A program made the translations under genes and the position numbers. The notes beneath the pieces were generated by a model. It was not told where the DNA came from. It ran no database searches and was given only the letters and a program-made list of their open reading frames with translations. A stretch of DNA of 64,000 bases from Limisphaerales bacterium (GTDB lineage: Bacteria > Verrucomicrobiota > Verrucomicrobiia > Limisphaerales > SXTU01), in NCBI GenBank assembly GCA_009773355.1, contig WRPG01000002.1, positions 138,805 through 202,804 of the forward strand, given 5' to 3'. Below, one piece after another: positions 59,023 to 64,000 of the stretch. Position 1 is the first letter of the stretch; each line of letters opens with the position of its first letter.

Positions 59023-59883
59023 ATGTCCCATCGCGAGCATCTCCTCTCCGGCGAAGCGCTCGGCCAGCGTTACGCGCTCGCGGTGCCGCAGACCGCGCTG
59101 GCGGGCATGACCGGCAGCCAGCTCGGCCGCCGCGCGGGCACTTCGATTGATTTTCAGGACTACCGCGAATATCAGCCCGGCGACGACCTCCGCACGATTG
59201 ACTGGAACGTCTTCGCCCGCACCGACCGGCTCACCATCAAACTCTTCCGCGAAGAGGTGAACCCGCACCTCGACCTCGTCCTCGACGCCTCACGTTCGAT
59301 GGCCTTGGAGAACACGCCGAAGTCCGCCGCCACGCTCCGCCTCGCCGCGCTGCTCGGCACGGCGGCGGAGAACGGCCATTGCACGCACGCCACCTGGCTC
59401 GCCGGCGATGGCTTCCAACGCGCCGCCAACGACACGATGCTCCCCTCCGCGTGGGACGGCCTCGCCTTCACCAGCCGCCGCCCGCTTGATGAAGCCTTCA
59501 CCATCCTCCCGCCGCGCCTGCGCCGCCTCGGCATCCGCGTGCTCATCAGCGACCTCATGTGGCCCGTTGAGCCGCTCTCCATCCTGCGCCGCCTCGCGGA
59601 CGGAGCCGCCGCCGTCTTCGTCGTGCAGCTACTCGCCCAAGCCGACACCGAGCCGCCTGAGCACGGCAACATCCAGCTCGTGGACAGCGAGACTGGCGAG
59701 GAGCGCGAAATCTTCGTGGACGCCACCGTCGCCGCCCAATTCCGCGACGCCCTCGCCCGCCACCGCGAAAGCTGGGACGCCGCCTGCCGCCAAACCGGCG
59801 CGCGCTTCGTCTCCCTCGTGGCGGAGAAGCTCGACGCCTCTCTGCCCGCACTGGAAGAGGCGCAGCTTTTGGTTCCGGCCTGA
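59023..59883 (+). CDS. DUF58 domain protein
   Basis: GTSIDFQDYREYQPGDDLRTIDWN, LDASRSM, LISD. Confidence 0.92.
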   Translation: MSHREHLLSGEALGQRYALAVPQTALAGMTGSQLGRRAGTSIDFQDYREYQPGDDLRTIDWNVFARTDRLTIKLFREEVNPHLDLVLDASRSMALENTPKSAATLRLAALLGTAAENGHCTHATWLAGDGFQRAANDTMLPSAWDGLAFTSRRPLDEAFTILPPRLRRLGIRVLISDLMWPVEPLSILRRLADGAAAVFVVQLLAQADTEPPEHGNIQLVDSETGEEREIFVDATVAAQFRDALARHRESWDAACRQTGARFVSLVAEKLDASLPALEEAQLLVPA

Positions 59884-59899
59884 ACACGTTGGTGCTGCG

Positions 59900-60037
59900 A
59901 TGAAAGCTCCAAATACCAAGTTCCAAATCCCAAAGAAGCTCCAAACTCCAAACCCCAAAGCGTCCGCTCTCGGCAGACTGGTTGATGCTTGGAACTTGGA
60001 ACTTGGAGCTTGGGATTTGCCCACATGCCCTTCCTGA
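59900..60037 (+). other. Repeat-derived junction ORF (45 aa) over TCCAA/TTGGA heptamer inverted arrays (59902-60019)
   Basis: ATG 16 nt after the DUF58 stop; stop overlaps the next start by 13 nt. Confidence 0.55.
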
Positions 60038-61803
60038 CTTACCCGCTCGCGCTCCTGGCCGCCGCCGCGCTTCCCGCGCTGGCTGCCATCTACATCCTGC
60101 GCAACCGCTACCGGCGGCGCGAGGTGTCGAGCCTGATGCTCTGGGAGTTCGCCGTCCTCTCGCGCGAGGGCGGTGCGAAGGTCAACAAGCTCCAGCTCCC
60201 GCTCGTCTTCTTTCTCGAACTCATCGCGCTCGCGCTGCTCGTCACCGCCGCCACCGGCCCGCGCTGGCAGTTGCCAGCCCACGCCCGTCCGCTCGTCGTC
60301 ATCCTCGACGATTCCGCCTCGATGCTCGCGAGCGATGGTGCGGCGTCGAACACTCTTCCAGCTAATTCACCGCGCACGAAGGCCGCCGCCGCCCTTGACG
60401 ACCTCCTCAAATCCCGCAAGTTCCTCTCCATCCGCCTCGTCCTCGCCGGGCCGAAGCCCCGCGTCCTCGGCAGCGCCGTCACCACCGCGCCGGAAGTCCG
60501 CGAGCTGCTCGCGCAATGGACCTGTCAGTCGCCTGACTCCGCCCTCGACGCCGCTGTTGCGCTCGCCAACGACCTCGGCGGCCCGCAGTCGCAGTTGCTC
60601 GTGCTCACCGACCACGCCTCGCCTGGCAGCGAGTTCACCGGCAACCGCATCCAGTGGTGGGCCTTCGGAGCGACGCAGCCGAACCTCGCCTTCGTCAACG
60701 CCACCCGCACCACGCACGGCGAGGCCGACCGCGTGCTGCTCGAAGTCGCGAACTACTCCGCCAGCGCCAGCGCCAGCGCCGCCTACCGCATCACGAGCGG
60801 CAGCAACTTGCTCCGCAGCGCCACGCTGACCTTGGAGCCACGCGCCCGCCAACGCCTCATCCTGAATCTGCCGGCCAGCACGCCAGCAATAGAAGCCACG
60901 CTTGCCACCGACGCCCTCGCCGCCGACAACCGCATCACGCTCCTGCCCGCCGTGCGCAAGCGCATCCGTGTGCAGAACTCGCTCGAAGACGCCACGCTCC
61001 GCTCGCTTGTGGACAAGGCGCTTGATTCCACCGGTCTTCGCAGCTCCCTCTTCGCCGCGCCGGAACTCATCCTGCACAACGCGCGCGCCACGCCTGCCGG
61101 CACGAACGCGTGGGGCCTCCGCCTCCTCACCCACACGAACAACCTCGCCGCGCACACCGGCCCGTTCATCGTGGACACCGCGCATCCGCTGGCGCGTGGC
61201 CTCGCGCTCGACGGCGTCGTGTGGACTGCGGGCGCGCCGGGCACGAACCAGTTCGGCCTGCCCATCGTGACCGCCGGCAACACGCCGCTGCTCTCCGCGA
61301 CCGAGGACGCGCTCGGTCGCCAGCAAATCACGCTGCACCTCGTCCCCGACCGCTCGACGCTTTCCGCCACGCCGAACTGGCCGATTCTCTTTTGGAACCT
61401 GCTCACCTGGCGCGCGCGCGAAACGCCCGGCCTGGTGGAAAGCAACTTCCGCCTCGGCTCCGAAGTGGCGGTGCGGGCGCTGACCAACTCCGCGCAACTC
61501 ACTTTGCCCAGCGGCGCGACCCGCGTGCTCACGAAGACCGCCGAGGAATTCGTGCTCGAACCGGAAACCTCCGGCCTGCACACCGTCACGGCGGGCGTGA
61601 GCAAATGGCAATTCGCCGTGAACCTCCTCGCCCCCGAGGAGTCCGACCTCGCCAACGCGAAGACCGGCAAATGGGGCGAGTGGGAGCGCCCCGAGGAGAC
61701 ACGCCGCGAATACTCCAGCGTGCTCTGGCTCTTCGTCCTCGGCGCACTGGTGGTGATGGTCACGCACCTCTTCCTCGTGACCCACAGCAAAGGCCGCGTA
61801 TGA
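60025..61803 (+). CDS. BatA-like N-terminal and VWA domain membrane protein
   Basis: IYILRNRYRRREVSSLMLW, ILDDSASM (MIDAS), VLTD, C-terminal TM. Confidence 0.85.
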   Translation: MPFLTYPLALLAAAALPALAAIYILRNRYRRREVSSLMLWEFAVLSREGGAKVNKLQLPLVFFLELIALALLVTAATGPRWQLPAHARPLVVILDDSASMLASDGAASNTLPANSPRTKAAAALDDLLKSRKFLSIRLVLAGPKPRVLGSAVTTAPEVRELLAQWTCQSPDSALDAAVALANDLGGPQSQLLVLTDHASPGSEFTGNRIQWWAFGATQPNLAFVNATRTTHGEADRVLLEVANYSASASASAAYRITSGSNLLRSATLTLEPRARQRLILNLPASTPAIEATLATDALAADNRITLLPAVRKRIRVQNSLEDATLRSLVDKALDSTGLRSSLFAAPELILHNARATPAGTNAWGLRLLTHTNNLAAHTGPFIVDTAHPLARGLALDGVVWTAGAPGTNQFGLPIVTAGNTPLLSATEDALGRQQITLHLVPDRSTLSATPNWPILFWNLLTWRARETPGLVESNFRLGSEVAVRALTNSAQLTLPSGATRVLTKTAEEFVLEPETSGLHTVTAGVSKWQFAVNLLAPEESDLANAKTGKWGEWERPEETRREYSSVLWLFVLGALVVMVTHLFLVTHSKGRV

Positions 61804-62186
61804 AAAGCTCCAAGTTCCAAATTCCAAATTCCAAAGAAGCTCCAAGCTCCAAGCTCCAACTTGTCGGGCTGAAGGTGACCGGTGTGTTGGCGATGCCTGT
61901 GGAATTCCCGGGCCGTTCTCCCTCACCCCAGCCCTCTCCCGCTGAGAGAGGGAGCGACAGCGTTCGCGTCCGTTGCAAGGGAAGCGGGATGACAGACCGA
62001 GCGCGGCCGAGCTTTCTCCCTCTCCCGGCGGGAGAGGGCAAGGGTGAGGGAGAAAGCGTTCGTTTTCATCAGACCGTTAGGAGCTACAGCAGCTCCGCCA
62101 GTTCGTTTATTTGTGCCGCCGGCATGGCAGGACGCGTCGAACTTGGGATTTCTTTGGAACTTGGAGCTTGGGATTTGGAGCTTTGA
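61800..62186 (+). other. Repeat-derived junction ORF (128 aa) over heptamer arms enclosing a CCCTCACCC-type REP doublet (61916-62054)
   Basis: ATGA overlap with the upstream stop; stop ends 2 nt before ATG 62189. Confidence 0.55.
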
Positions 62187-62188
62187 CG

Positions 62189-64000
62189 ATGTTCATCCTC
62201 TCCCAACCCGTCTGGCTCGCGCTGCTCATTCCGCTGGGCATCCTGTGGGCGTTCTGGCCGATGCCCACGCGGCTGCTGCGCGTGTTGCGCGCCGTGACGC
62301 TCGTCGCGCTCGTGCTCGCAATGGCCCAACCCTCCATCAAGCTCCCTGACCGCGCTGGAACGGTCGTCGTGGTCGCGGACCGCAGCGACTCCATGCCCGC
62401 CGGCGCCAGCGCGCAGGCGAAGGAAGCCGTGGATTTGATTCAGCGCGGCATGGGCGCGCGCGACCAACTCGCCGTCATCAGCTTCGGCCAGCAAACCGCT
62501 GTCGAGCGACCGCCGCAGGGCGGGGAATTCCCCGGCTTCACCGCGCAAGTCGGTGCGGACGCTTCCAATCTTGCCGACGCCCTCGACTCCGCACTCGCGC
62601 TCATTCCGCCGGATGCTCCAGGGCGCATTCTCATTGTCTCCGACGGCAAGTGGACTGGGCGTGACCCGCTCGCCGCCGCCGCGCGCGCCGCCGGTCGCGG
62701 CATCGCGATGGACCACCGCCTCCTCGCGCGCCCCGGCGTCAACGACCTCGCCATCGCCTCGCTCCACACGCCGGAGACCGTGTTGCCCGGTCAGGCTTAC
62801 ATCATGACCGCGTGGTTGCAGTCGCCGGTGGAGCAAACCATCGAGTATCAACTCACGCGCGGCACCACGGTCATCGCGGCGGGCAAGAAGGAAGTTCCCG
62901 CCGGCCGTTCGCGCCTGCTCTTCCGCGACCGCGCCACGACGCCCGGCACCACGCAGTATCAACTCACGCTCAAATCCGCCGCCGCTGACCCCGTGCCCGA
63001 AAACAACTCTGCCCGTGCGCTCGTCGGCGTGCGCGGCCCCAAGCCCATACTCGTCCTCTCACCCACGGCCGACTCCGCCTACGCGCAGCTTCTCCGCAAA
63101 GGTCGCGTGGACCTCGATGCGCGCACGCCTGCCGAGACGCGGTGGACGCTGGAGGAACTCTCGCGCTACTCCGCCGTCGTGCTGGAGAACGTCATGGCCG
63201 CCCAAGTCGGAAGTGCCGGCATGGAGACGCTCGCGGCGTGGGTCGAGACAACCGGCAGCGGCCTGATGATTACCGGCGGGCGCAAGTCCTACGGGCCGGG
63301 CGGCTACTTCGGGTCGCCGCTCGACCGCATTCTCCCGGTCTCGATGGAGATGCGGAAGGAGCACCGCAAGATGCAACTGGCCATCGTCGTCGCGCTCGAC
63401 CGCTCCGGCTCAATGTCCGCGCCGGCGGGCGGCGGGAAGAAGAAAATTGACCTTGCCAACATCGGCACCGTGCAGGTGCTCGACCTGCTCGGCCCGACTG
63501 ACGAATTGGGCGTCATCGCCGTTGACTCGCGGCCACACACGATGGTGGACCTCGCGCCCGTGGACGTGGTGCGCGGCCAGCGCGAGCGCATTCTGAGCAT
63601 TGAGAGCATGGGTGGCGGCATCTTCATCTACGAGGCGCTGGCCGCCGCGTCGCAGATGGTGATGAAGGCGAAGGCGGAGACGAAGCACATCATCCTCTTT
63701 GCCGACGCCGCCGACTCCGAGGAGCCGGGACAATACCGGGCCTTGCTAGAGAAAACCCGCGAGGCGGGCATCACCGTCAGCGTCATCGGCATGGGCACGG
63801 AGGCCGACGTGGATGCGAACCTGCTCAAAGATGTCGCAGCGCTCGGCGGCGGGCAGGTCTACTTCAGCAACTCGCCCGAGGAGTTCCCGCGCATCTTCGC
63901 GCAGGACACTTTTACCGTCGCGCGCAGCACGTTCATCGAGGACAGCACGCCGCTGAAAGTCACTGGCGGCTTCAGCACGCTTGGCGGGCAGGGCGACTGG
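62189..64000 (+). CDS. VWA domain membrane protein, 3'-truncated by window edge
   Basis: Own translation (absent from the ORF track): MFILSQPVWLALL..., VADRSDSM and ALDRSGSMS MIDAS motifs, GGRKSYGPGGY. Confidence 0.88.
   Translation, partial: MFILSQPVWLALLIPLGILWAFWPMPTRLLRVLRAVTLVALVLAMAQPSIKLPDRAGTVVVVADRSDSMPAGASAQAKEAVDLIQRGMGARDQLAVISFGQQTAVERPPQGGEFPGFTAQVGADASNLADALDSALALIPPDAPGRILIVSDGKWTGRDPLAAAARAAGRGIAMDHRLLARPGVNDLAIASLHTPETVLPGQAYIMTAWLQSPVEQTIEYQLTRGTTVIAAGKKEVPAGRSRLLFRDRATTPGTTQYQLTLKSAAADPVPENNSARALVGVRGPKPILVLSPTADSAYAQLLRKGRVDLDARTPAETRWTLEELSRYSAVVLENVMAAQVGSAGMETLAAWVETTGSGLMITGGRKSYGPGGYFGSPLDRILPVSMEMRKEHRKMQLAIVVALDRSGSMSAPAGGGKKKIDLANIGTVQVLDLLGPTDELGVIAVDSRPHTMVDLAPVDVVRGQRERILSIESMGGGIFIYEALAAASQMVMKAKAETKHIILFADAADSEEPGQYRALLEKTREAGITVSVIGMGTEADVDANLLKDVAALGGGQVYFSNSPEEFPRIFAQDTFTVARSTFIEDSTPLKVTGGFSTLGGQGDW

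Noticed and set aside
57149-62183. CRISPR array
   Set aside because: Units are 7-8 nt tandem repeats without unique spacers; no cas genes

Overview
High-GC bacterial chromosomal window, most likely Verrucomicrobiota. This is an inference from the DUF1501/1549/1552/1553 genes, H-X9-DG prepilin-like proteins and REP types. Contents in order: three sensor/hybrid histidine kinases; glcE/glcF; an ECF sigma remnant; the hopanoid genes shc and an hpnG-like phosphorylase; RNase P RNA; a C4 zinc-ribbon protein, an HtrA protease and an RlmI-type methyltransferase; and two tandem prepilin-like genes. Next is an ~18 kb minus-strand nucleotide-sugar cluster (GmhA/GmhB-like, transaldolase, kinase/nucleotidyltransferase, five SDRs, a Cys-less dehydrogenase next to a Gfo/Idh/MocA enzyme, split transketolase, three methyltransferases) interrupted by a multicopper oxidase. 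It resembles an NDP-octose pathway. The rest holds PVC DUF genes, a small-protein/nucleotidyltransferase pair, glmS, glgC, xerC, tgt and an ABC/DUF58/VWA operon that runs off the end. The most striking signal is non-genic: at least a dozen distinct REP-like palindromes and 6-10 nt tandem-repeat inverted arrays sit at gene junctions or in-frame inside genes. In the final operon all five repeat-filled junctions are spanned by short ORFs that start at or near the upstream stop codon and end at or near the downstream start codon. These look like repeat-derived 'relay' ORFs that preserve translational coupling. All family assignments are from motif recognition; no database searches were run.
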